Shown: positions 24,961 to 37,660 of the stretch, piece after piece
Layout: the number at the start of each line of letters is the position of its first letter
Position numbering within the stretch: position 1 is the stretch's first letter
DNA from: Lama guanicoe
Lineage: Eukaryota
Assembly: GCA_013239625.1 (NCBI GenBank)
Contig: MU053352.1
Location: forward strand, 877,079 to 941,078
DNA: 64,000 nt
Direction: 5' to 3'
The notes under the pieces: generated by a model
Seen by the model: only the letters and a program-made list of their open reading frames with translations
What the model was told of the DNA's origin: nothing
Database searches by the model: none
Position numbers and translations under genes: made by a program

Positions 24961-26669
24961 AGGCCACCAACTTCAGTCCTCATTACCTAGTTATAAAAAA
25001 GAGCCACACTGAAGGTAAAAAAGTTGAAAAGCATAAAGTAGCAAAGTAAGGATCACCAGCCATCCTCCTCAAGACAACCTCATTAGTGTGTCTGATGCCA
25101 GGGGCAACTCTTGCCACCCGCTCCAGCATCCTGCGCAGAATGGGGACCGCCTCCCTTGTTCCAATTCCATGACTGCTGGTGACCAACAACATAGAAGCAA
25201 GGGACATTTCTTAGGCCAGGAGGGCAGATGGGAACTCTCATCCCTTGAAAGGCATGTGCCCTGGGACCAGGCACACCTGTAGCCAGGTTACCATGACTAC
25301 CTCCTCCCTGCAGATCTGGGTCCCTGAGCCCTGAGCAGCCAGGTCTGCAGAGCTGAGGACAGGACAGGCATAGGTGGCCACCTGAAGTGTCACCTGGAGA
25401 AGCCACCCATCTTTAAGGGCGACACCAGAAGTCAACTTGGCAGAATGTGCTTAAAGTGACCACGCTCAGGGTGAGGCCATGAGAAAGGGGCAGAGGGTAG
25501 GGCTATTTTTGGAGGCTGTTTTGGCCCCTCCGAAGGCCCTTTTATTCCTCTCCTAGTTCTGGGTCACTGTCCATGCAGCTGGGAGCCTGGCACAGGCCCT
25601 GTATTTGGAGGCATCTGAACATTCCTCCAGGAGGACACTGAGCGCCATGGACAGTCCTCATGGTGACCCATCACCCTCAGCAGCCAAACGCGCTCTCGAG
25701 CTGCCAGGACCTTCCCCCCCACTGTAGAGCCCGGGGACCTCTCACACTGGCTTGGATGCACCCACACATAGTACACTGTCTGTGAGGGCACACAGTCCCT
25801 CTGTGCAGGAACACAGTCCAGCACAACCTGAACCCCACAGCCAGGTGGGCTTGAATTACAACCCAACAGCCTGCAGGGACTCAACATCTCGGGGCCAAGT
25901 TTCCATCTGAGACCCATTTCAGGTTGGCTCCATGGTGGCCGGGGCTGGGGCTGGGGGTGGGGGTCTGCATAAACAGGTCACTGTGGCTGAGAACTTTCTG
26001 GTGTCCCTGTCCTGGGCCTACCTGTGCTGGAAGGGGGAAGGACTGATGGAGCAGGGAGTGGGGAGCCCTGAAGCCTTTAGGGGGCTGCGCTAAGGCATAT
26101 CCAAGACCATTTAGGACCAAAGGACCTTGGGACGGTGGAATGGCTATGTCCCACAAAAGGCCCTGTTTTGGAGCAGGAGAACGTGAGGCAGAGGCCCAGG
26201 CAACAACAGAGGGTTGCTGCCTGCTGACAGCACAAGTCACCGTGCAGCTCACGAACCGCTCTGCCAGGCAGTCCCCCCCACTTCATGCCCCCTTCAGTGC
26301 TGGGGGTGCTGGGGTTCTGGAAGGTGAGGGGCCTGCCACGGTCACCTGGTGGGCAGCTTGACTCTGGGGTTCGGATGCTGGGGCCCTGAAGCAGGGTATG
26401 TCAGGTGGTAGGCACATAAAGCAGAGGACAAGGAGGGAGCAGCTGCTTTACAGTGCTGAGATGGGAAGAAACCTAGAATGTAGAGCTCAGAAAAATGTCC
26501 TTCGAAAATAAAGGCAAAATAAAAACACAATCAGACAAACAAAGCTTGGGAGAATCTGTGGCTTGCTGACCTGTACTGCAAGACATGCTAAAGGAAGTGC
26601 TTCAAACTGAGAGAAAACAGTACCAAATGGAAACTCAGATGCACGCAGAGGAGTGAAGAGGGCTGGAAA

Positions 26670-27245
26670 TGAAACTGGGTACAAAAGCTCCTCTGTGTCT
26701 TGTTTGTAGGAAAAAGGCCTTCCCCGAATTCCAAAGAGCAGGCATGAGCATTTACTAGTCAGGGAAGTGAGGGAACGCAGGAATAAAGGGAAAGCAGCTA
26801 AGTGAGCGAAGCAACAACAACAGTTCAGCGTAAAACAGTCCTTGTTCCTCCTCAGGGGACATACACAACAACCTGACACAGATCTTTGAGTTGTTCTGTG
26901 GGAGGGTGACCCTCGCCCAGGTGGAGGTACGGGCTGACCACAAGCACGCAGACCCCAGGCTAGCTGGAACCAGAAGGTTGATTAAGATTCCTGAAATATC
27001 ACCCTGTTACCTCACCACTGACCAATCAGAACAAAGTTGTGCACTCTGCACTTCTCACCCCAAATACTGCCTTTAAAAACTCTTCCCTGAAAGCCATCAG
27101 AGTTTGGGTCCTTTGTGCATGAGCTGCCTATTCTCCTTGCTTGGCACCTGCAATAAACGCTGAACTTTCCTTCACCACAACCCAGTGTCAGTAGATTGGC
27201 TTTGCTGCGTGTCAGGTGAGAGGACCCAAGGTTGGTTCAGTAACA
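26670..27245 (+). mobile_element. ERV1-class solo LTR (576 bp)
   Basis: Termini TG...taaCA with a 4-bp TSD GAAA (26666-26669 and 27246-27249); CCAAT at 27022, TTTAAAAA at 27072, AATAAA at 27152. Confidence 0.85.
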
Positions 27246-27851
27246 GAAAAGATGAATATGTAAGTAAACACAAAAGGTGCTGGTTTTCTCTCTTTTAAAT
27301 TTCATTTAAAGATAACTGACTGTAAAGAGCAAGTTACCAAAAAAAATAAGCATATTGTATGGTTCATACCATCTTCAAAAGTAAACCCGGACACAGTAGA
27401 AAGGGTGGGGGCCGTGGAAGTACATGGTTGTAAGGTTCTTACTTACAGTTAAAATGGCATACGATTTAATGAAAAACTGTGACAAGTTAAAAATGTATCA
27501 TGTAAAACCTAGAGCAACCACTGAGAAGAGAGACGTGCAGCTCGCCAAGACAGAGCAACGCGGGGCCATGAATCAGTTCTCAAATTTAAAATGATAAAAT
27601 CCACGTTCTCTGCCTACTACAGAATTAAATTAGAAAGCCAGTAGCAAAAAGGTACCTGGAAAATACCTGAATACATGAAAATTAAACCACACGCTTCCAA
27701 ATGACTAATGAGTCAAATAAAAACTTCAAGGAAAACTAGAAAATATTTTTGAAATGAATGATTAAAAAAAACACAACATATCAAAATTTACAGGAGGTAG
27801 CTAAAGCAGCATTTGGAGGGAAATGCGTAACTTTAATAGCTTATTACAACT

Positions 27852-27989
27852 GGGGAGCTCAGTGTTAAGAGTGCATGCCTAGCATGCATGAGGTCCTGGG
27901 TTCAAGTCCCAGTACCTCCATTTTCAATAAATAAATAAATAAATATATAAATAAATAAATAACCCTAATGAATCTCCTCCCCCCAAGAA
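27852..27989 (+). mobile_element. Camelid Vic-1-like tRNA-derived SINE
   Basis: agctcagtg...ctagcatgcatgaggtcctgggttcaagtcccagtacctcc, then (AAAT)n; TSD aatagctta(t/c)ta. Confidence 0.85.
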
Positions 27990-29000
27990 AATAGCTTACT
28001 ATAGAAAAGAGAAGAGGTTTAAAATGAATGATCCGAGCTTCTATCTTAATGAACAGAAAAAGAAGGGGAAACTATACTCAAAGTAAGTAGAGGGAATAAA
28101 ATGATAAAAATAAGAGCAGAAACCAATGAAATAGAAAACAATAACAATGCAAAAATTAAAAGCTTTGAAAGATCAGTGAAATTGATAAGCGTCTGCCTAG
28201 AATAACTAATAAAGAAAGAAAATACAAATTACCAATAACAGGAATGAAAGAAGGAACATCACTACAGATCTATTGACAGTAAAAGGATGTTTAAAAAATA
28301 TGTACAATATTATGCCAATAAGTTTGATACCTTTGATGAAATGGAAAATTCCTTGAAAGGACACGTTACCAAAAATGACACAAGGGGGAAAAAAGCCTTT
28401 TTTAAAGAAACTGAATTTTAAATTAAAAACCTTACTCTCCACGAAAACTCAGGCCCAAATGGCTACAATCGACCAACTATTTAGGAAAGAGATAATACAA
28501 TTCTTATACAAACTTTGTAAAAAAAAAAAAAACGGAAGGAGACAATTCACAATCTTCTTTGGAGGCAGTATCACCTCATCTTACGAGGAACCAGTATTAC
28601 ACTGATACCAAAAGCAACAAAGACATTACAAGAAACAAAACTATAGCCCAGGATTATTCATCAATGTAGATGCCATATCCCTTGACCAAATATTAGCCAA
28701 TGAAATTCAGCTAAAACGGCTGAAACATCGTGAACAAGAGAGGCTTATCTCAGGAATGCAAGGTTTAACATTTGAAATTAATACAACTCATATTAACAGG
28801 ATAAGAAAAATATAATCAACTCAATACATACTGAAAAAGCAGTTGACAAAATTCAACACCGATTCAAGATTAAAAACTCCAAAGACTTGGAAGAAAAAGG
28901 AGCTTTCTCATCATTATAAAAGGCATCTATAAAAATCCTATGGCTGTCCTCACACTTAATGATGAAAAGTTGAACTTTTCCCCTCAGTTTGGCAGTTCCT

Positions 29001-29143
29001 TTTTTTGGGTGGTGGGGATTAGGTTTGTTTGTTAATTAAATTAATCAATTAATATTTAATTAATGGAGGTACCAGGGATTAAACCCAGGACCTTGTGCAT
29101 ATGCTAGGCACACACACTATTACTAAGCTATACCCTACCGCCC
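29001..29143 (-). mobile_element. Camelid Vic-1-like SINE
   Basis: Reverse complement of the same SINE head; TSD ttggca(g/a)tt(c/t)ct. Confidence 0.8.
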
Positions 29144-29715
29144 TTGGCAATTTCTTATAAAGCTAAACATACACTTACAAAATGATCCACAATTTCACTT
29201 CTAGGTATACCTAAGAAGCAAAAACTTACATCTACAAAAATATGTGTATTTGAAATGTTCATAGCAGCTTTATGGCTCGTAGCAGCCCCAAACTGGAAAC
29301 TGTCCAAATGTCCATTAACAAGTGAATGAATAACTGTAGTATGTTCACACTATGAAAAATCAGTCAGCAATGAAAAGGAACAAATTATGTATCCATACAA
29401 TAAGAATGAACCTCGAAAACCCATTATGCTGAATGAAAAAAGGTCACACATACTACTGTTTGATTCCATTACATGAAATCCTGGAACGAATAAAACTACA
29501 AAATATCAGTAGCGGTCTGGGGCTGGGTGTGAGGGGCTCTGACTGCAAAGGGACATGAGGAAACCATTGGGGACAATAAAAATGTTCTGGATCTTATTTG
29601 GAGTGGTGGCTACACAGGTGTATACATTTGTTAAAACTCACAGAACACTTAAAACTAGTTCATTTTATCGTATGTAAATTGTACATCAATAAAATTGATT
29701 TAAAAAGGAAAAAAG
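29144..29715 (+). mobile_element. Old L1M 3' end
   Basis: aatgttcatagcagcttta...caaatgtccattaaca...gactgcaaagggacatgagg...aaattgtacatcaataaa. Confidence 0.85.
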
Positions 29716-29904
29716 AGGATAACAACCTACTAATCCAGTTCTAGGAATGTCTCCTACTGACCAGCAAGATACACATGCAGATATGTGACTTCTATGCGAC
29801 ATGAAAAAACCTTCAGACATAGTCGAGTAAAAAAACCAAGGAGCAGAACAGAATGTATAGTCTGACTGAATTAGCCTTTTGAAGGTTATCTATATTATAT
29901 ATGT

Positions 29905-30400
29905 TTTTAAAGAGCAAGTAAGAAAAATAGTAGGTAAAACCAATGAAACCAAAATCTGATTTTTTGAAAATATGAATAAAGGCTATACACCTCTAGCCAG
30001 ATTGAAGAAGAAAAATAATATGACCAATGACCAATATCAGCAAAGAAAGAGGGGGCATCACTACAGATCTTACAGACATTGAAGAAAATACCACTAACAA
30101 CTGTGTATGCACAAAGCCAACAACTTAGATGAAATAAATCTTTGCAATACAAAAGCATCACAACTAACTCACCTGAATTAACAAACACACATTACTATCT
30201 ATAAAACAGATAAACAACAAGACCCTACTGTAGAGCACAGGGAACTACATTCAATACCTTGTAATAACCTGTAATGAAAAGAATATGAAAAATAATATAT
30301 ACGTGTATATGTATAACTCAGTCACTGTGCTGTACACCAGAAACTAACACAACACTGTAAATCGACTATACTTCAATAATTTAAAAAAGAAAAAAAAGAA
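29905..30400 (+). mobile_element. L1 ORF2 fragment plus younger L1 3' end with poly-A
   Basis: gcatcactacagatcttacagacattgaa; agcacagggaactacattcaatacc...atcgactatacttcaataa then an A tail. Confidence 0.85.
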
Positions 30401-33400
30401 CATTGAAAATAAAGAAAGAAAGACTTTTTCTTTACTAAATTTTCTACAAAGAGCATGAATTATCTTTGAAGTCTGGAAAAATGTAAAATTATTTTAACCA
30501 CCAAATGGCAATGATTTGGGATGGCGTTCTCTGATTCCTATCTCTGGCTGTGCACCACTGCCTTCGTGGCTTTCCGACTACTTCCAGGCCTCAGTGTCCT
30601 TGTCTGCACCCTAGGGCTTGGGTAAATCATCTCCAGATCCCGCCTGGCTGTGACAGTCGGGGATTCTACGGCTGCATGACTTTCCTTTGTGTGGGTAACT
30701 GAACCCTTCTCAGCTCAATGTGAGAAAGCTTACTTACATCGACACCTTCCCCATTCAAACTCTGAAAAGTGTGGAAAAAGCCACGAGTTTAAGGCCACAT
30801 TTCCCATGACAGTAAGAGCTAAATCAAGCTGAGGGCCATTTAAGAAAGTTCCAAACTCTGTGCAGCCCATGGGGAGAAGCTCCCGGAGTGATGCTCCTGC
30901 AGCTGCCGGCCGGGCAGTCAGTCCCTGGGTCCTCGTCCACACAGACGCCACTTCCCGACAACCCATGGGATTACCTCCCTTCCTTTCATGGAGACCCATC
31001 TAGTCCGTGTGGAGCACTGCCATGTTTCAGAGCCCCCTGCAGAGTTAACACCCACCCAAGGAACCCCTGCTGTTTGGGAGGGAGCACGAGATGGTGATCA
31101 GGGAGACAGTCTGGCGTTTCCAATTAACAGTAAGGGCCACCAGCCCGCACTGATTCTCAGCAGTTATCCCAATTACCAGCTTCTCGCTACGGAAGCAGCA
31201 GTTCCTCCTAGCCCCCAGCCAGCAAGGAGAGGGCTCAGGAGGGGGAAGGCAAGAGAGAAGTGGGCGAGGCAAAGGTGAAAACTCCCATGGGAAAAATGGC
31301 ACAAAAAATTAAATATTCAGGGCAGTAAGATGCTTCCTGCTCTGCTTGGCCAAAAAGCAGAATGGCCAGCTCTCCATCGGAAAGTAGGTACAGAAATGGC
31401 TGCAGAGAAAAGGACAGCTAACTTCAAGGCTAAGGAGCCCGGGTTGGGGGGAGGTATAGGGCCAATGACTGGTAGGAGCAGGGATGCTGGTGGCCACAAG
31501 CGGCCCTACGCAGAAGCGCCCCCACCCCATGCCTGGATCTGGAACCTCTGCGTCACACAAGGGCCTGAAATCAGAAGGGTCCTGTGCTTGGTTTAATGCT
31601 CAGCTGTCTGCCACTCAAAATTTTTGAACAAGGGGCCCCACAGGTCAGGCAGCAGACCCTGCGAGGGGGTGACGGTTCCAGGGACCACTCCTCCCAATCC
31701 CACCCACTGAGGGAAGCAGAGCAGCGCTAGGGTCCCAGGAGGTCCTGTCTGGCTGGGGGTCCAGCCACGGCTGACCAAAACCAACATTTACGATACTTCC
31801 CTTTGGGTTTCCACACAAGGGCAGGAGAAGGAGACAGATGAGTAAACACAAATAATAAAGAAACGTGCAGGGTAAATTCACCCTTTTTGGTTAGTCAGTG
31901 GCAAGCTAAGAGACTAACAAGGCACAACTTTATGCTTGATCAAAAAACGCTCTCTCAGAAAAATACTAATGCAGGGGAGGTGGCCAGAAGCAGACGTCCA
32001 CACCCGGACCCGAGAGCACTGCGGACCAGAACACTTTGGCCGAGGGTGACGGGGTGCCCGGGGGAGCAGTCACACCCGTTGACTCCGCAATCACACTCCT
32101 GGGAATCTGTCCTGGAAAGAAACAGCAGAGAAAAACTGCACATGCTGGAGACACTCGGCAGCAGTTTGGTGACAATCTGAAGAGAACTGTAATGTCTAAC
32201 CGAATGTCTGGAAAGGCACCCCACAGCCATTCGGCAGGTCCACCTCAAGCCTGCGTCCAGCCACACTAAAATGGTGATGTTTGTGTATCCCAATGACGTA
32301 AAAAGGATGTTCCCATAAAGGAAACACACTGACTGAAAACAGACACCTAAAAACGGTGACATGAGGGGTAATGAAGTGATGGAAACACCATGATCTGGAA
32401 CATCTGGAATTGCTGCCTTAATAGTAAACAACCCCTAAAAATACTGCAAAATTCAGGGTGCAGAGGACAGGACCAGATGAACCTCAGAGTCTGGCCAAGA
32501 ACAAAGCGTGTGCATGTGTTGGGGGGAGGGGTGGGCTCGAGGGGTGATTTCAACAGGCAGACGAGTTGCTGCCTAATGGTTAACGAGCTAAACATCATGA
32601 TGGCGGGAGCTGCCCACCTGGACAGACTGTGCTGCTTCTGCTGTAAAAATATCCCAGGCAGAGGGCTGTGCCCAGGGGGCTTGACTGGCTGTCAGTTCTA
32701 GCCTCTCGGGGAAAAACATTTGTCCTCTAACGCTGGGTAACTCCCACCTACAGACACAAGGACTCGGAGGGCTGCCAGGTAGGGGTCCGCTCCCTGAGTC
32801 TGTGGCCTCCTCCCACCCGAGCAGCTATTTCCGAAGACGTGCGTCAGGCGTCATTAGTCAACACACACGTCAGAGGGAAACGGGACATAAAAGGAAATTT
32901 ACCTTTGGCAGTCCGGAACTTCATCTGTATTCATATTACTCATCTATTGGATCAGAGGCTGCAGCCAGTCTGGGCTGACTGGCACTTTACAGGAAGAGGG
33001 GGACTGACTGGGTCCTCAGAGGGCAGTGCTGCCTGCGGGACCCTCCCAGCTGAGTCAGGGGGAAGGGACCCAGAGCGAACCTCTCAGTCCTGGGAGGAGG
33101 GGCTCTGGGCTGCAGCCTGACCCCGGGCCGCCAGTCTCCAGCTGCCTCCCTCTCCCCATTTCGCTCCTACCCAGCTTCCCAGGGCCGCTCTCATTCTGGT
33201 TCCCACTTTGGCCTCCTCCAGGGCCCAGGCAGGGTCACCTGTCTTGGCCTGGCAACCGGGCAGCCTATTCTCTCTTTGCCTGGAGGTGACAGAGGTCACT
33301 GTGTTTCAGGAGTCAGACGTTGCTCCTGATAAATGTTAATTCTCTGCTGCCCTCAAGGCAGGGGTCACTCCTGATTGAGACCTTTTTGACTCTATGGAGG

Positions 33401-34689
33401 CCTCACAATCCAGCATAGCCCACCCCACCTCCTCCCCTTCCCTGCCTTTAGCACCCCCCCAACTGTCAGCCTGGCCCCTACTCCTGACCCCCGCCAACAC
33501 AGTGATACCCACATGCACACATTTGGTCCTCCTCGGCACCTGGGCAACCGTATGTGCTGCCCACACAGCCCACCCCTAGCTACCTGACCACCTCTCTACC
33601 CGCAGCAGCACCTTCCCTCAGAGCCCAAGGACTCTAGGGGCCTCAGACTGTGTAATATTCTCAGATCTCCTCTGCAAGGCAGATGGGGCCCCTGGGCTCT
33701 GAATTTGGCCAGCCAGGGCTGGGCCCCACCGTCCCTTCCCATTGTCCCTTCCCAGTGGGGACACAGATATGGTAGGTCAGAAGGATACTAGCTGGGCTCC
33801 AGCACACGCAGCCCCTCCAGGCTGACTCCTATCACCTGGCTGCGGACACTGGGTCCTGAGCAGCTCCTGGGCCATTTCTTAGCACAGAGTGAAAGGCTGG
33901 CTAGGTTTTCTGCTAAATGGAAAAGACAAATGCTTCTGTTTTCCCTCACCGTTTCCTGCTCTTCACTCTGACTCAGAAGCACCCAAACATTTGAAACTTC
34001 TCCCTGGCATTTAGCCTCTTTCAAATCACCACACCAGGTTCTGCCCCAGAAATTGAGCCCCAGCCCCATCCACTGTGGCCTCCACTCAGGCCAGGCTCCC
34101 CGGGGTTCCAGCAGATTCGCAGTCTACAGTGCCCGGCACTTGAATCCTTGATTCCTTACTGTTTCCCTGACACGTCACTCAGTTTCAGCCAAGCTCATTT
34201 CAGCTCTCTGCAAACAGTGCGGCTAAGCAAAGACGGAGGCTGGCTGGTGGGCACCTGAGGTTCTTTGAGGTCCCAGATGAGAAAGTGGTGACCTCAGCAG
34301 TGTCATAAGCAGGGCCACCCAAGGCCACCCAGCCCTGACCCCTGCTAAGTCTATCTTGCCAGGGTGAGGGGTTTCCTTATTTTGTGCAATGTCAGAGCTT
34401 TATGTTCCAACCAGAAAAGATGCAGAAGTCCTATACACAGCTGTGTACACACACGTACACACAGTGCTGCGCGCACACACACAAAGGCCAAGGAGTGAGT
34501 TGCCAAGGACTGAATTCAGAGGTTTTGAGAGACCCTGGAAGGGCATTTCTGCCTTTCAGGCACCGGCTCTGTCTGGAGCCCAGAGAGAGAGAGACACAGA
34601 CAAACGGGTAAACAGACCGACTGATACGCAGGTGCAGAAGTATTTCAACTTCCCGGCCTCCTTGCCAGGTAATGCGATTTAATGCCATG

Positions 34690-34950
34690 CTTTAGGTGAA
34701 GAAATTGAGGCTCAAAACAGCTAAGGAGCTGGTTGAAGATCATGCAAGTGGTGCGGGTTGAACTTGCCACTTCCCACTCAGGAGCGGCTTCCTGTCAATG
34801 GACTCCCTGGGCTGCTCCTCCGGAGCCCAGGTCCCTGTCAACCCAATTCTGCCCTCATTTACAGAGCTAGGGGCAACTGAGGCCCACAGAGGGGCAGGCA
34901 CTTGCCCATGGTCACACAGCCTAGTGGCAGAGTCAGGACCACAACCCAGG
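34690..34950 (+). mobile_element. MIR fragments
   Basis: gaagaaattgaggctcaaa; cattttacagag...aactgaggcccacagagg...cttgcccatggtcacacagc. Confidence 0.7.
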
Positions 34951-36049
34951 TGCCCCAACGCCCCAGCTACACTGCGGGACCCTGGGAGGAGCAGCCCACA
35001 TGAAGAACCTCTACAAGCCCAGACGCTGTCCTGCACTGAAATACCCATAATAAAAGCTGGAAATTAAGACCAATCTTCTAAAATCAGAAGACATAAATGG
35101 ACAAAGATCACTTGCAAGTCTCTTTAAAGGATTTCTAAGATGGAGTTGAAGTATCAGTTCCCCGTGAAATAAATTCAAAATGTATACCATTACAAACACC
35201 CTAAGATTTCAGATGGTATTTTCAGGCAAATTTGCAAGGTTAAACATGACTCCTGGACTGAGGCTTGGAGTCTATGCTGGGCTAAGGCTTTAGGAAGCCG
35301 TTAGTGTGACTAGTCAGCAGGCAAAGTTAATTACAAGGTTTATTACAGATCAGAGAATGTTAATTTCTGAAAGAAGCTGTTTCTGAAAAATTGGTGTTAA
35401 GTGAAATTAACTGCCCCTGTGTCTTTTAAGTCTACAGGGTCAAAGAATCCTATTTCCTCCCCTCCAGTTTCAAATTATAACATAAACATTCATGAAGGAA
35501 AACAAAGCAAGTTTCACTTATACAAAAATCTCCAATAGTGAAGGTTTCAAGCATCAGAAATTGCAAGGCTTTAACCTTAAGACAGCTAAGACTCCTCTCT
35601 CAGTGCTGACAAAGGGCTCTCAGGCGACTCTGCCTGCACAGCCTGGGGCTGTCATTCAGGCCTGCTGTCCCTGGGGGCAGCATCTTCAAGGCTGGGGCCT
35701 GCTCAAACCCAGGGGGCCCCTTACGTGACCTCTCTGACCTGGCACAGCTGGCTTAAAGGGCAAAGTGGAGAGGATTGGGTCATGCACCTGGGGAAGCCAG
35801 CATCACGATGGCCCCAGGAAGAAGCCCTTGCAAGCAAAGCTGCAATTCTGCCAAGGTCCCAGGGCATGCGGGCACCAAGGACTCTGGAGCAGGAGAGGTG
35901 GGTGGGTGGATTAAACAAGGCGGCCACTTCCCCTTTTTTCCAGAAAACTCTGGAGATATTTCGGTTCCACTTTGCAGAGGTTAATCAGACAGACACGTCT
36001 CTAGCCATAGCCCCCTCTCCAAAACACCCCGCAGGTAAAGCAAGTTGGG

Positions 36050-36700
36050 AGCTCACGCCGGCAAGGTACCGGGACGGGGGTTCCCCGAGGCTCCCGCGCT
36101 CCCCACTTAGCGAGCAAGTGACATCAGAGGCTCGCGTGGACTGATCATGCAGCAAGCCCGGAGTGCGCGGGGAGCCGGCCTCCGGGCGGAAGCAGGGCGG
36201 CACTAACCCTTCTTAAATTTATTCAGGCAGCCGGAGCTGCAGAAGGAGCGCACGGAGGCCGTCTCCCAGCAGCCGCGTCCCTTCATCCCCGAGGTGGGGC
36301 GGCCTCCGAGCAGCCAGGCGTTACATGGCGCCAGGCCCTGGGGGCTCGCAGGGAAGCGCGCACACCTCGGTGGGCCGCCCGGCGGAGGCGGCGGGCGCTC
36401 GCGGGTCCCGGCACTGCCGTTACCACAATGCACCACTGCCGCCCGCCCGCCGCCCAGTGCACGAGCCCGTTGAGCCCGTTAACCCCGTCGGCGCCGCGGG
36501 AGCCGGGCGCAGGGCGAGCGGTGCTGCGGCCGCCCCTTCTCCTCCCCCGGGAGCGAGGTCTCAGTCCGCACGCCGCCTGCTAGCCCATGCGACCGACCGT
36601 CCCAGGGCACCTGGCTCCCAGGGGCCAGGCAGACTCCCCATTTAAACGTTACATTCTAATGCGAAAACCCGTGCAAAGGTGCCGCCCCTGCAGCGGCAGG
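36050..36700 (-). promoter_or_regulatory. Intronic CpG island / alternative promoter
   Basis: Very high GC and CpG density; TATA-like TTTAAAT on the minus strand at about 36640-36646, upstream of the candidate exon. Confidence 0.8.
36208..36286 (-). CDS. OSBP2: Probable alternative first coding exon of OSBP2 (MKGRGCWETASVRSFCSSGCLNKFKK)
   Basis: Lies in a CpG island. gggATG at 36286, 26 codons plus 1 nt, then donor AGG|gttagt in phase 1, in frame with exon 3. Confidence 0.65.
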
Positions 36701-36979
36701 CTTGGCCACTTTATTTCAAAGGGAAAGATGCCACTGAGAGCCAGGGGCACGTGAGAAATGGGGATGGCCCATCTGGGGCCTTACGGTGATTTCAGGAAAT
36801 CAGGGTCACCTCTGAGGCCTGCTGTGGCGGCTGGTGCACCTGTATCTGGCCACCTGCAGCCACCTGTCCACTGTCCCAGAGGAAGGCAGCTCCCTTGGCG
36901 CTGCTACCACAGGCTGTGGGCATCTCGGGACAAATGTCTGTCTCCACCCAGACCTCTGAACACAACTCGCCTGTCCAGC

Positions 36980-37660
36980 TGCCTGCAGAACTTCTCCGTG
37001 GGATGTCTGATGGGCATCATAAATCCAGCTGTCCAAATCTGAGCTCCTCAGGGCAGCCCTAGACCTGTGTCCCCCACCCCTCCCCCAGTCCTCCCCGCCT
37101 CAGCATATCCTCCCAGTTACTCCAGACAGACACCTTGGAGTCGTCCTTGACTCTGACTCTGTCCCTTAGACCCTTCTCCAGGTGGTCAGCACACCTCGGC
37201 AGCTCTGGCCTTAGAATACAGCCAGGATCCTGTCCGTTCTCACCACCGCACTGCTGCCACCTGGGCCTAACGGGCCCTCATCTTGCCCGTGGACTCTCCC
37301 AGAACCACCCAGCAGGACTCCCCCATCCACTCCGGACGCCCCAGTCTATGCTTAATACGACATCCTGAGAGCGCCTTTTTCAGACTCTGTCACCCTTCCC
37401 CTCAGCAGTCTCCAAATCCCCACAAGCAAGCCTATTGTGCTCCCCTCCCTCTGCTCCGGCCACTGTGACATTTTGGCTTCAACACAGTCGCTCGCTGCAA
37501 GGCAGTCCAAGCCAGGACCAGCCCCACTTGTTAAGCCTCAGCCTCTACCTCACTCTGCCTTGTCTCTCCCACTGGACTGAGCCCAGGAACTGCATTCTAG
37601 CCGCTGTTCCTCCCCGACACCATCACCTCATGGGAGCTCAGTCCATGGAATTTTTCAAAT
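36980..37660 (+). mobile_element. L2 LINE fragments
   Basis: ggatgtct...gtccaaatctgagctcc; gacaccttggagtcgtccttgactc are typical L2 motifs. Confidence 0.6.

Larger units (their letters stand above)
26400..28985 (+). mobile_element. Old degenerate L1 (L1M) ORF1/ORF2 fragments hosting LTR and SINE insertions
   Basis: A-rich L1 motifs: agaaaccaatgaaatagaaaac, aacatcactacagatc, gacaaaattcaacacc, aaaggcatctat. Confidence 0.85.
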
